Shown here piece by piece: positions 47,154-61,350 of a stretch of DNA of 64,000 bases; position 1 is the first letter of the stretch; each line of letters opens with the position of its first letter. The DNA comes from Magallana gigas (Eukaryota): positions 31,682,001 through 31,746,000 of the forward strand of contig NC_088854.1 in assembly GCF_963853765.1 (NCBI RefSeq), written 5' to 3'. Under the pieces are notes generated by a model that had not been told where the DNA came from, did no database searches, and saw only the letters and a program-made list of their open reading frames with translations. A program made the translations under genes and the position numbers.

Positions 47154-50100
47154 AGTCAGTGATCAGCTTCTGTCATATTGTCGCCAGTTTCGACTTTCTA
47201 CACGACCTGATAATAAAAGAAAAGGAGAATATAAAGCATCTCTCAAATAAAAAAAAAAAAAAAAAACCCTGATAATGCTATTCCGCCAATTACGTTTTTT
47301 TTCAAGGCTGATATGCAAATTGGGATGAAGAAAGCTTTATCATTGTAGGAGATACAGTTTCCTTCTCAATATACCTTTTGTTGGCGGGATTAAACATTCA
47401 CGATTTGTATGCAAAAATTGAGAACGTTTTTCCTATCATGCCGCCCAGACAGAAAACAGTAATACCCGATATATATAATATGCATACACCTGAATTACTA
47501 ATCGATACAGAAATGATCTCGACTCTTTGAATATGAATGTAATCTTAATTGTTCCTCCATCCTTAATAGAATTTTAATGTTCTGTAAAATCTCAACTTAC
47601 GGCATAAAATCACAAATAAAAAACACATCATCATTCAGTGAAAATTCATCAGGACCATAAAGTGAAAGCGACAACATTGTACACCTTATGTTAATTTAAA
47701 AAGCATTTATGCAATGGAGTGAAGTGGTCTTTTTATCTGATGGGAGCACGACCATATACCTCTTGGTAAAATGAACGAAATGAACTGGAAAACTTTCCGC
47801 AAAAGCTTGCAGATTATAACAAGTAAAGGAGATAGTATACAAGCTTTATCATAGGCGACCATCAGTGATTTTTGTCTTAAAGTTCAGAAGTGTGATGAAA
47901 TTCTATTAAAATTTGTTTAGAACTGTCATAAAACTATGAATAACAGAGAAAAACATTCCCACTATGCATATTTTTCCTGCTCGGTGAATTACACATCGAT
48001 TTGGCAAAGAGGTGAGGTAGACACCAAAGTGACGCCATGATACCATTTCCACTATATAAATAGAACATCTCCACGAAAGCAATATGTATACAGCTCGCAC
48101 TTCTTGACACCTTATGGTTAACAATCTTTGCAAAAATGAATTACGCCATGTATATATACATCAGATGAGGATCAACATAGATAATATAAACCTACATAAA
48201 GTTTATCTTGCAAAACGCCATCTATTTTTTCAATATAGGTGTCACGGAAACTGAAATTTCACATTTACTTCAAAGCAAACACAGTGGATGCTGGAGTAAT
48301 ATTCTTGAAAAGGAAGCGAGACCATGTGTTTTTGGGTGGTCGTAGAGTTGTTTTCCAAGATGAACATCTAAGAAAAGTGCTCTGCTATCAAGTGGGAAAA
48401 TATTTTCTAACCCAAAAGATTTATTGTCATAGGTTTTACTGTTGTTGCAGTATCATTCTCCCACCTTCGAAAAAAGGTTCCAGTCGAACTGTGATAGGCA
48501 TCAATGTCTGCTCCTTCAGTAAATGTATATTCCTAGGAAAACTGTCTTATTTGGCAGGTGCAGGATACAGATTTCATTGAAATATTCTCAAAACTGCATA
48601 TAGCACAGCTGCACTGATTAATTCAACTGTTTTCTTGTACATTTGAAAAATTAAGAATATTGTTATTCAAGCAATCACAGGTTGCAATAATTAAGGATGG
48701 GTGGAAAAGTTTGTAGACATAAGAACAATACCATTGAAAAACTAAACTTTTAATTATCTTTCAATCGGAATTGTGATATATAGGCTGTTGAATATATGCA
48801 TGTTGAATGAATTTATATATAAACAAAACAGGGCTATATTTTAATGCTCTGAAAAAACACACTTCTATGAAAGTCACGCTCCACATCAATCGTTGGGTGG
48901 AGCCGTCACTTCATCGGAAACTAGCTCTCTCAAGATTTTTCTCCTCGTGGCTCCATTGAGGAAGACAAAGAGAAGGCCTGATCTTATGAAGGTCTACAGG
49001 GGGACAAGAGGGAGAGCAATGATGATTGAAGACCCTCAAGAATTACCATACAGCATAACATGCACATCCAGGCCTAACATTTTTCTATACACCTTTTCTA
49101 TGAGCCTCTGCCGTCGTAATCAGGCAGTGTATATGACCACATTAATCTTGTCAGAAGTAATTATTGCCAACGAAGGAAAAAAAAATATCTTTGTTATCCT
49201 GTAGGTCAAATCAGTTTTCCTGATATAATACAGTTGATTCACGTAGGATCTTGGTCTAAATGATAGCAACAATTCTTTTCACCTAGCTCCTTTTTTTATG
49301 GAGTGATTTAGAACTCAATATTTTCTCGAGCCCTGGTTAATAATTTTCTGTTCACGATATGCAATAATGATTATTTACCTAATATTTATCCTAGATATGA
49401 CAAATTCATTCTGCAAGTGTCAAAATTTATTGGTTTCTGGGATGATCCACTGCTAATATTTAGATTTACATTATTGAACCAATGCCAATCAATGGGCTGA
49501 CAAGTCTTTGCTACTGCAAACATCAGAATCAACAAACCTTGTGTCTTTTCCAGGACCTTAGGACAATACATGCCAAAGACTTTGACATCCGAGTTCTAAT
49601 TCCGCATTCACAATTTTTAAGGAGAAAGACTAGTCTAAATCAAATGTCAGCTGGTATACTGGAAACTGGTACTCTTTACACAATCAAGAGAGGGACTATA
49701 AAATAATTCCATCCACCATCCATCACTGCACATGATAAATCAATGAAGGCTTGTAGCATCTTTCCATTTGCCACATGACTTCAATGTCCATCTAGAGTAA
49801 TAACTACCGTCCTAAAATCAGGTTAACAAATCCATATTCCTATCAGAATCTATCACCAGGCTCTTTACATCCAATAATTGCCAAGACCAAAAATTGAAGC
49901 TCATCACATCATTCAACAATCCAATCGAGTTTTAAATGTTATGGGATGATTTTAAAAAAAAACAAAAAAACATAATGGCCCAATTTCAATTTTTTTTTTT
50001 TTTTTTACAAACTAGCTCGAAAAATAATTCAAATCACTTACATTCGTTCAACATTCCATGATAAATCACCTTCTAGTACAAAGGTGTCCCCTGACAAATA

Positions 50101-53100
50101 TACTTCAGTCACACACTGAAATGAAAATTTTTCAAAATTCCAGCAATGGCTAGCTTGCTTGCTCCTTTGCCGGTTGTACAACAAATTACAGGATTTAGAC
50201 TCTCTCCAGCAAGAAAATGGTTTTTTTCTCCAATTAAATGACTAGTATAATGGTTTCATTTTGGAGGAAGTGATTTTATTTATCATGTGCGTGTCTGATA
50301 TAGAGGCTTTGGTGATTAGCGACCTTAATGTTCTTCAGATAATTGCAGGCTATCCTAGCCAGAGGTATTCCGGGCTGAAAAATGACTTCATTTAATCCAA
50401 TTGTAGTTGCAGGCTATATCATAGAACCTGTATACCAGAAGTTAAAGAAAAGGGAAACAAACAACAAAGTTATACTTTCCCTGAATGCTTGCAGATATAC
50501 ATAAGAATTGCTAAAAAACTTTTTTTTTCAACATCTTGCTTGTATTCATACAACCGTGAACATGTACTTGTAATTAAAGGATCAAAGCATGCTTGGTATT
50601 AGACTAATGCAAACTTAACCTGAATAGTCATTCATTCATTGATATATATCAATCTATTGTTATTGAAATTACAGGGTCATAGTTATTTTGGTAGAGTAAA
50701 ATTCAACAACAACAAAAATCATTCAATTAGAAGAATAATGGTAATTGCAAATCTTAACACCATATCTGAGAAGTTATCCTAGCTTAACTTAGTGCTTGCA
50801 TGCAGTAACTCATACTGATAACAGAACACAACACATTTTTGATAAAAATGAACTAGGACCTCAAATTACATACTGAGGAGACCCAACTTCTATTGTCATT
50901 AAGACAGAAAGAGATCATTGGACTGTGGAATATGGTCATAAACAGTTTTTCTTTCCCAGACAAAGCCAGTTAGCTGTAGTGTCAAATATGATAGACAGTG
51001 GGAACAAAGCATTGTAGGGAACATCTATTGTATCTGGCAGCTGTCTCAAGACTCGCTCTGTTGTTATCCCATTTCGAAGGTTGAGATCAGTGTATAAATC
51101 ATAACTAATCAAGCTGACAACCCCAAGGACAGTGCGCTTCTCAAAGAGTCTCCGAAACCCAGAGGAGAACCCTCATTTATACACATGCAGTCACAACAAC
51201 ATCCGCAATGTTGCATGATGGCAAATTACCATCATCTTTGGGCTGTTTTTTTTTTTTTTTTTTGCACATGCATTTCAGAATTCCAGTCCAATCAAATTTA
51301 AAGACAACTCATTTGTCAATTAGGTGGTAGACACCTATTTGTGTCACGCAAATTTTTGGTTAAAATTTTTTATCAGGTTTGAAATCAGCTAGATGCTTAC
51401 CAAACACGATCTGAACAATGGTCTGTGACAAAGCTGCATTTTAAATGGTATGCACAATCTCCATGCTTCGGTACTTCAATGTGAATGATGGTGTCTTAAC
51501 ACTAAATAGGTGCCAATCAGGAAAAGAAAACCATTCTTATCTGGTGTTCTATCATTTCACACTTTAAATCATTCCGCTGACTAAAGCTTGAGGTTCCAGA
51601 GTTATATTTCATTTTTCATAATTTGTGTTGAAGCATTGTGTTGAAAATGCTCTTCCACTTATAATCCCTCTCTGACAAACATGGCCACTCGAATTTCAAA
51701 GCCCCCATCCTTCCTACATTAAATTTTTGGACAATGACTCTCTCTAACTCACTGGTACAGTTCAATAACCCTTTGCAAACACTGTACCCTTCAAATACAG
51801 TAATGTCAACAAGGCAACAGAAGAATTTTACGTACATCTACATTACATGGGGCCATGGTGCCGTTTACTTCCTCATAAAATTTTATCTTGACTCTGATTT
51901 TATGTGTTGCAACCCCCACTAGAGATGTTTATGGTGGGGAGTCAAACTCATTCCAAAACTGACAGTAACTATATAAAGATCCATAAAAAGAGGGGAGTGA
52001 ATGACCACATTTTCTGTGCTTGACATCCAAAATGTACTTACCTAATGGTTCAGTTCTGACAGTAATGACTCCGATTATCCCAAATTATTCCTCAAAACAC
52101 AAGAGATACAACCAAACTCTCTACTTTCCAACATTTCCGCTCCGTGACCCAGATACTGTGAATACCTCTCTGGTGCCTCCACACCAATTCTTCTGCATCA
52201 AAATGTGATTGTGATTAACCCTTCTACAAGTCCAATACTTCTGACTCCCATGAGATCCCCCCTTCTCAACAATAGCTAGCACACAATGTATAGAATATGT
52301 CATCGACTGAGATAACCATGCATTTGCAGACTGTCTGCTGTATCCAGCTATCTGATACAAAAGGGAGCTTCTGTCAACTGGAATCTTGGCAAAGCTCTGC
52401 ACCCATTTTCGACAAAAAACAAAACCTCTTTGGATGAAATAAAGGTGAGCCCCCTCTTTAGATAAATTATTCATGCTCTCTCAACAACACATTTCTCATC
52501 CTTCAGGTTTAGATTACAACTCGCCCCCCTCTCAAAATTCTCCCCCCTCCCAATCCTTCTCTGTTCACTAGCTGGGAAAAAGAAGAAAGCATGTGTTAAA
52601 ACACTGATTACGGGTGTAAAAAACACCAGTTTGAATTCTCCATAATTAGCAAGCAGTTACCTGCACATTCTTCGGTACAGAAGATACTCGCAACTTCTGC
52701 TAATGGAGGCTTGTACAGGATTTCTGTTTACACACATGGCCAGTACGCTTCCTGGGCCAACTGTTGCTTTCCTTGCATTGAGCACCCGCAGAATAAAAGA
52801 TATTCTCCAATTCTCACGATAAAACACATAAATACATGACTTGAGAGGGATTGTTTGTAATTCTCGCTCTACAGTTTCGGTCCCTTCTAAAGATTTTGGA
52901 CTTGTTGCGTGAAAATGAATCGATGCACTGTATACATTGGAGAGCCCAAAGAAATCTTTGGTTAATTAGCACTCAAGAAGAATCAATACTACTTGTTTAT
53001 CACAGATTGTTCGATCATCAGCATTATCACAGATTTGCACAAAAGCATGTAATTTGGATTTTTTTCTTCTGTCTGGTTGTGAGCTCCAGCTCTGCCCAGT

Positions 53101-55372
53101 TGGGCACCAAAGATAAGAACAGTATGTGGGATAACACAGAGAGACCTGGTCACCAGTATTTATCTCCTCTGGGTGTCTTACTTTTGCATAGTTTCGCTGA
53201 CCAATCTCTGCCAGCTAATGTGATGCTTTGATATAAGAAATTGGCCAAAAAAAACAAGATTACAGGCTAAATGTCACCTTTCATCTGAGCACCACAGGAA
53301 GGGAGGAAGAGGTTGCAAAATTGGATTACAAATTTTGGGCCATGAATATTTACACTCCTAACCTGCCTTTCATCTGCCATTCTTTATCAGTTGAATGACT
53401 GTTTCAAACTTTTGCCTGTCAGTTAATCAACATATAACACTGCTATACCATCATCCTAAGCAATGTAGGCAGGCAGTTGCAATTGTTACATCCTTTACAG
53501 TTTTTTTTTTATTAGGTACAACCCAATACTTGACAGGGGCAAGAGATTCTAGAACACCAGACTGAATTATGTCCATTCTTCCTCCCAGGGAAAGATTAAA
53601 AAAAAAAGAATTACCTCAATTCCCCCCATAAAACTAATCAATAAAGAAGGAGACCCCTGAAAAGAACATTAACTTTGGAACCACCTTCCCTGGCAAATTT
53701 TTTTTATTACATCTTGAATAAATTCAATTAAAACTGGCTTCTTTCTCACTTTCCTTAATGGGCAGACATGAAATAGACAGCTGTGATGTCACTCAAAAAG
53801 ATACCATGATGCCGAGCTTCCTGACCTTAGGAAGCTCCGCAGTTTTATTGTTACCAGGCGGAATAATTTCCCAGACATGCTTTATAAAATTAAAAGAAAA
53901 AGAGTTTCAAAGCCTGAATTCACAGAGAGAGTTGAATCAATTCAACTCAAAAAAGAATTAAAAACTTAGAGAATAAGTGTGATTTGATAAGAGGAAGAAG
54001 TGATCAAGACAACAAAATTGATAGGTTGATGATTTGGTTTCGTGTACAAAAATGTTTGAATAAAACGTTGAAAGATGACCAAAAACATCTATATTGACCA
54101 TTGGTAAACACACGTACATGCGATTTAATTTTTTTCCTTCTTAAAAGAATAAATTTCAATTAGCTGTGGCCGATTTTTTAAAGCCCCAGACAGGGACAAC
54201 ACTTGGAGTGTCATACACTTCAAATTAAATTTGCCAGCAGGGGAGTCTCTAATATTGGAATTGACATGTATTTAAAAAGCCGATGAAATGGAAAACCTTT
54301 ATCTTTCAAATATTTTCTGTATGTCTGAATTAATCTATTTAATACGATATGAAAAGATTTATGATACTAAAAGGGGCACTTGTGTAATGGAAAAGGGACT
54401 GATTGAAAAGTCCTTTACTGGATGTCTAATAGCCACTCGACATGGGAAATCCAAGAGGAAGAAAGAAGTTAAGAAATGTATACCAGGATTATGTAAATTA
54501 AAGATTTAGCAGCAAGGTGTGCATTATAATTAGTCGACCAAAAAATAATTCTCCCTTATGTGACATATTCCTTTATAAAAGTAAAAAATTCCTGTCCTAA
54601 CAAATTAATACCGGTACTTCACAGCTAACAATTCCGAATGGTACCTCCTTCATTGTCCTTTCCGCATTTTTTTTGCTGTGCTGTTCATAGTAATTTTAGT
54701 TGGTGACATTTCAAAAACCAATTAAACAACAGCCTACCACAATATCCGAAAGAACTTGCTCACTCTTCAATATTACTCATTCAAAATTGTGATGAAAAAA
54801 AAATGTCAAGGCAATTCTTAAATTTTTTTTTAAAAATAAGCGTAAAAAATCATTGCCATATTCCACACCTTTTTTTAAATTGGCTGTGCCTCGACCAGGT
54901 TTTTAAATATCTCGTCACTGAATAAACTCTGGACTCTTTAACCTGGTAATTTAGCTTAAACTGTTACTTTCCTAGATGGCTTCACAACAGGATGCCACAG
55001 AGTATGTAAACAAGGTCATTGTTATTTCAAAGAGACACATCACAATGCAAAATCAACTTCTCAAATTCTTTGTTCAATCACTGCTTGTTGTCATTCCACA
55101 GGTTAGATAATGAAAGCAATTCTGTCTCTGTTTGATGTTTTTATTGAAGCCTTTTATTACTACTACCTGATTTTAAAAAAAAAAAACCATGCTAGGATAG
55201 GTGGTTTAGGCTTCACTCAATGAGTGAGATACCTATGTACCCTAAATACTTAAACCCACAAAACACAATGAAAGCATTAAATTTCTCGCTGTCATATCTT
55301 ACACAACGTATGTCTAGTAAAAGTTAGAATCTTAATTAAGAAAGCTAGGGTATTAATATAGTTACAATTCTT

Positions 55373-55397
55373 GGGGGGGGGGGGGGGGGGGGGGGGG
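55373..55397. repeat. G25 homopolymer
   Basis: Direct reading; length may be imprecise in the assembly. Confidence 0.95.
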
Positions 55398-56620
55398 GAA
55401 GTAGTTAACACTCTTGGTGCACAGAAAAAAGATGGTCTTAGCTTATCAACTTCATTCCTAGCATACAGATGAAGAAAAAACCCCAATGAATTCAACACCC
55501 TTATCACATTGGGTTCCCTTGCACTTTTTTCTAATTCCGTCTCCCGATATTCAGTGTGCGAAATGGTCTAATTGCAAATCGACAATGGCTGACCCCCATC
55601 AAGTTTCCTTGCACATCTCAGCACCCCTCACTGATCTCGCTTGGAGATCAGGTCTGCAAAACGACTTGATTCCTGTTCCGCTCTGTTCCAGTTCCAATGA
55701 GCTAAGTGCCGTGGTAGCCATATCACATGTCCACGATGGGCAATCAATAGGCTTTTACTATACTCTGATCTACCTCGTCATGGATGAGGGAGGGGGGAGG
55801 GTTATCCATTCAAAAACCATGCATCCAAAATGTATAAACAGGAAATCTGTGTGCTTACAACTGTTTTCATGAATGTTCCTACATCTTGGACATTACTTCA
55901 TGCAGGCAAGAAAAACAAACACAAGTGAATCAAACCATGAGACCAGCAATAAGAAAACGGCACAGTGCAAAACATTTAAAATAGGTATCAGATGAACAAA
56001 ACCATTTCAAATCCCCCATGTGATGACTTTTTTCCTTTTTTTTTTTCCAACAAATTTTTCAATCGCATGGTCACTGTTTTGCATGTTGAACAATGTCCAG
56101 ACAAAGAGGACTTGAACTTTCGTTGAAACGATGAACAAAGCAATATTAATTCCTTCAAAGATTCAATCAAATGCAATATCTTAGTGGAAAATTGAATCAA
56201 CTACAGGCATTTCCAATTGTCTTCCCCCGCCATTACGTTAACTAGGCAAATTTGGTGTGAATCACATTCAATCTAGCATTAATAATTCATGCAAATGTCC
56301 CCCAAAATACACTATTTAGGAAGATGAGACCCCAGCTGAATTTGTTTTTTTGTTCCTCAGTCTGCCTGCTTTATGAAAATTTACGGCCGCTTTGTAATTA
56401 CAGGTCCTTATTTAATTAACAATAACAGTTCTTTAGAAGTGGGTAGAGGCGTTTTTTTCTTCCGCGCAGAATTTAACCAAGATGACACTTAACCCCATAA
56501 TTTTTACACTAATTGTCAATTTTTCAGTATGTCGATCAATACCAATGACGTTGCTTTACTGCTTTAGTAAATGACTTACTGCCAAGATCTGTTTCTCAGT
56601 ATTCCAAATATTACAAAATG

Positions 56621-56637
56621 AGAGAGAGAGAGAGAGA
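56621..56637. repeat. Short (GA)n tract
   Basis: Direct reading. Confidence 0.9.
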
Positions 56638-58179
56638 GTCAGTCTAACCATAGAAATAATTTATCAATATAACGCTATAAAAGGAAATGACAATCAGAAA
56701 CTGGTCCCTTTACCCTCACACGTTACATCAAAAACATTTCCCAAGTTAACAATAAATTAGATGTACATCATGAAAAATAACATCTAGCCTGCAATATGGT
56801 GACTGCTTGTTCCTGGGTCTGACATAAGGTCATCCATGTTAACCTGCCAAAAGGGAGAAGCATGTCACATCAAACTCATCCTTTTTTCCCTTTTCTTTTT
56901 TTTCTCTCAACAAAAAACAGCTTATTGTCACTGTTCCCTATGTAACACAGCAATGTACAAAAACAACCATAAAAAAAAAACCCTTGCCTGATAGACTGCT
57001 TAATGCTAATGGCCATTAGACATGTTTTTTTGACCAGCCCCCCATGTTACATTGAGCACCAGGCACCAGGTTTTCATTCTGACCATAATTCATATATCAT
57101 ACAGCAGACTACAAGAATGGGTCTGGTTTAATTAAATAGGTGGAGGGCCTGAATTGCTACTGCATTGAGAGCCATTGTACATGATAAAAGAATAAATACT
57201 CCCAGAAATTGAATGATCAATTGGAACCTAGGCAATGTTTTTCCCCCTGATAAAATCCCTTGATTTACGATCAAGTGACCCCGGTGTAAACTTCTGACAA
57301 ATTTTTAATATTAAGTTACCTTCAAGGTGAGTAAATTCCAACAAATAAGCTCTTTCCAAACACACTTATTCTGAAAAATATCAGTAAAATTTCATCCATA
57401 TCCCAAAGCAAACGGCATCCTTATGTGGAGGGAAAATGGTGAATTGCACTCAATATTTCGATATTTCGGGCACATCAAAGAAGGACTCACATAAATCGTC
57501 CCAGCTTTGTTGCTAATAATCCTGACCCTTTAGCAGCCATCTGACCAAACATTTCTCCGTGCTCATACTTCCTGTGTCCGTTTGTCCTACGGATTATGAA
57601 CATGGCCCATTGTGAAAAAAATGAGGGTAAAAATAGAAAAGTGTGCCAGCTTCATCATTGAAATTGTCCATTTTTTGTTACTCTCCGAGAGAGCTACTTG
57701 CCGTTTCTATTGATTTTGTGGTGCTAGCTGCTGAGTGGCCCTGCAGGGAGTTTTTTTTTCTCATGCAGATTTTATTTTTTTAATGATTGAATTGGTTATG
57801 TCCCTTTCTCTGCAGGCTATTGTGACACCATTTTTTTTTCTTTCAAGGTCCGCTTTAAGAAAACTTCTCCAAGCCCTATCTACCAAGCCCTATCTATTTT
57901 TTCAATGTTCTTCCTTTAAAATTCTTATGTAATCCCATTTTGAAAATAAATATATCAACTGAATAGAAAAACCTCATATACTCCATCGAGACAATTAATA
58001 AACTTTACGATCCATACCGAGGGAAATACATAAACAGCAAAAAAGCACGCAATGTTGTCATTTACAAATTCTTATCAGGGAAATGGATGTGTTACATAGA
58101 CTGCATATAGAAATATTTAATAATTTCGGAGTACAGGTATGCAAACATTGGTGTAAAAATTCCTTGAGCAACCTGTTCT

Positions 58180-58287
58180 GGCAGCACAAATACAGTTAAA
58201 GGTTGCGGCAGCACAAATACAGTTAAAGGTTGCGGCAGCACAAATACAGTTAAAGGTTGCGGCAGCACAAATACAGTTAAAGGTTGC
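58180..58287. repeat. Minisatellite, 4 perfect copies of 27 bp GGCAGCACAAATACAGTTAAAGGTTGC
   Basis: Copies start at 58180, 58207, 58234 and 58261. Confidence 0.98.
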
Positions 58288-59274
58288 ATTTGCACTAAGA
58301 AATTGATTTTTCTTCACGAGCGAGAGGAAATCTCTGCATTTCTTTTGCTGCGGAAATCTGTGTGATTTACTGGAATGAGAGCATTACAGGGCTTCTGAGT
58401 ATAAATAATTAAAGCATTAGCCTTATAATGTATATGTAATCTTTGCTATGAGTTCTTCATTATCCATACCTTGACAAAAGGATGCTTTGCTATAATTAAA
58501 AATTTAAAAAAGATGGCTGCAGACATGCTACTTAAGTACTTCTCTTATTTAAAGGTCTTTTCATCCGTTGGTAAAAACGGGAAAATAAAAAAAAGGAGAA
58601 GAGTTAAAGAGACTTCTAAGTTGGGTTCTGACTTTTAATTAGGAGCAACCCTTAAAAAACTCTCCTCTTCGTTTGGGAAGTCGTTCAGCTACTGAGTCTT
58701 GATCTTTAAATTGTATATGAGCAACAATTTAATTAAAAAATGCAAAGCTTTGGAAGAAGAATTTTTTTTTAACATGTCACACTCTTTAAGTACAAAACGA
58801 TGAGAGACTCGTTTTCAATGCTAGATCCTCTTTAACAGCAGGCAGGCAATCAAATTGGATTGTCCTGATATAGATCTACATCAGAAGTTTGACTGGTACA
58901 TTTCAGTATACATAAATATGAAAAAGTGGTGCAAAATTTATCACAGTTTTACATCAAGTGCGAACGCTTGACAACATGGAGGCAATCTCTTCAATTTTTT
59001 TTCTTTTAATTCCTGGCAGTTTGTTTTGTTAGAAATTGTTCGCCAAGGCTGGGGATTTGTCAGAGAAAACTCACTGCACTGCATGCAGGAATAGATAAAC
59101 AGAGAAACATCCACGATCTTAGCTGATAACCTCAATATACGGCTGACAATTCATCGACATAAAGTTTTATACATTTCACTGACCAAAACAGATTTTGATG
59201 CTTTGCCGAGAACATCCACACATCTTCCCAGTACAACTCAAGCACCTATAAAAAATGCTAATTTGTGAGGGCAT

Positions 59275-59275
<1 letters not shown>

Positions 59276-59327
<52 letters not shown>
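59276..59327. repeat. (CT)26 microsatellite
   Basis: Direct reading. Confidence 0.97.
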
Positions 59328-59332
<5 letters not shown>

Positions 59333-60295
59333 GGATAAGTAATTCCGTTGATATATAATCGTTCATAAACCAGATTAATAAGTAAATTAAGAGATTTCTA
59401 CGGTTTCATTTTCCCCTCCTAAACAAGAAAACCTCTCAATGAAGTAGAGTGAGGTCCTGTGGTTTTTATGAGATTATAGGACTTTCATACAAGCAGATGG
59501 GCACACATAGCGAACCCATGCAACTCAAGTAAGACGGGAACAAAATATCAGCAAATTTCTGGGTGAATCGGGAACAACAAACACATACCAGGCAACAAAT
59601 TTCTTATCTTCCACAAGTCAGAAACATGAATAATACACGGAGTCTTACTGACCACAGAGACCTCTGATCACTGAATGCTGAGAAATGGAAGCACTTCCCT
59701 CCCAAAGATAAATATCGACCCACGGAAGGGGGGGCCACAAAATTACAAGGCTGCATTGCAGTACTCCCCAAGCTTTTTGCATATGTGGTCAACTAGCCAT
59801 GTAAACACGAGAGCCAAGATTAATGCTTTTACACCCAAAGTCCCCTAATTAGCCTTTAAAAATCTATCTGTTCTCCCATGATACCAAGTTGATTGACACC
59901 CCCTTTTTTTTTAGCTTCTGTATTGTTTTCAAGATTCTTAAGATTTACGAAAAGTACAAAATGGGCCAACATTGGTGGTCTGACTGTTAATGTAACATTC
60001 ATATATAAGTAAGTAAGTAAAGTCTTAAAGGTCCAAGTTAAGGATCTCTGATTTTGTGTTCTGGAAGAACACAGATATTGACTATATAGGTCTGCAGAAT
60101 TAAGTCCCCGCACTTCTCGTGTCAACACCTCATATCATGTTCTAATTACAGTTTAACATGTAAATGCATTTTGTTCCAAACCAGGGCTCAACAAACAAGA
60201 ATATCTTTTATCCATGCTCTGAGGGAAATTTGTCGGCCTGGTTCAAATTACATGTACAGCTTTTCAAGAATATAATTTCCCTAACATTAACTTAC

Positions 60296-60421
60296 CTCTT
60301 CCAAAATCAGATGGTGTAATATATCCCAGAATATATTCAGTAAAATCCCATTAAAAAAAAAAAATCACTTCTTCTAACTGGCGGTCTTAGTATGCATGCA
60401 CACAAAATCACTGTAAGGTTT
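60296..60421 (-). other. Probable non-coding (5'UTR) internal exon of Robo
   Basis: ttttttttttctgcag acceptor and perfect GAG|gtaagt donor; no long ORF; the signal-peptide exon has an acceptor and so needs an upstream exon. Confidence 0.5.
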
Positions 60422-61189
60422 CTGCAGAAAAAAAAAGATATTTTTTTTCTCTCTCCCCAGAAGGAAAAATCTGTCAGGACTTAGAAATGTGTGTCAAAGT
60501 CCCAAATCCGGTGTTTAGATCTGGAATAAAAAAGAAATAAATTTTCAGCAAAACTTGGCAGATAAGGTAAAAGCGATCTATAAACAAGCCCAAGATAAAA
60601 TACTTAAATAAAAAAACACCCTTGCACAATCAGAAAAAAATACCATCTTTTTTTTGTAGGCAACAATAAAATTATTACCACCACCGCAGAAGTTATGGGG
60701 TAGTTTATTGAGGGGAAAAATCATTTGATTGCTATACAATTGTAACTCCTTTTGGCCTGACTGCACATAACAAAATAATTCTCTTGCAACATCTGAATCC
60801 CTCTTTTTCTTTTTTTTCTTTTTTTTGGACATACACAAACTGGGAGGAGAAAACTCCGCAATAAAAGCACTCACATTTTTGATTTTAATCACCACCACTG
60901 TAAACTCTCCCTGAACCTTCCCTAGCTCCTTGTTCCCAATCAACAACTCTTTGTAATATTTCCAATCAAAATATGTCATAAAAGAAATTTTTTTCCACCT
61001 GATCAATCCCAAAGAAATAATCCTTTGCAGCACATGTTCACATCATATAATGGTCAGCAAATCAATGTCTAACCAAAGAGCCAAAAAAAAAAAGAAGTTT
61101 TTTTTCTACTACCCTCTTCTCTTGCTTGCCAACTCTGGGCATAAATACCTATGTATATCCTTTGTAACAATATGTACACTTTACAATTG

Positions 61190-61350
61190 GGCACATGCTA
61201 CCACACTACCAGGCGGAGATCTATGAATGACAAGAGGCAATGTGATAGTAAAGGGGCTGGGCCTAGTATGAGAGAGACACACGCTCTCGGCAGATAACTG
61301 ACAGCTCATCGGCCAATCGGAACGCAACACTGGGATAGAGGATTACGGAC
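61190..61350 (-). promoter_or_regulatory. Candidate Robo promoter region
   Basis: Local GC/CpG-richer patch flanked by very AT-rich DNA; CCAAT at 61313-61317; GC-box-like AGGCGGAG (61211) and GGGGCTGGGCC (61253); just upstream of the candidate UTR exon. Confidence 0.3.

Noticed and set aside
58180-58287. 27-bp repeats as a CRISPR array
   Set aside because: The units are directly adjacent with no unique spacers, there are no cas genes, and the context is eukaryotic.
58604-58789. TTAA-flanked MITE (ttaaAGAG...CTCTttaa)
   Set aside because: The inverted repeat is only 8 bp including the TTAA, which is expected by chance.
60578-61033. 151-aa ORF with poly-Lys
   Set aside because: The lysine run comes from a T/A homopolymer; AT-biased composition and no recognisable domain.
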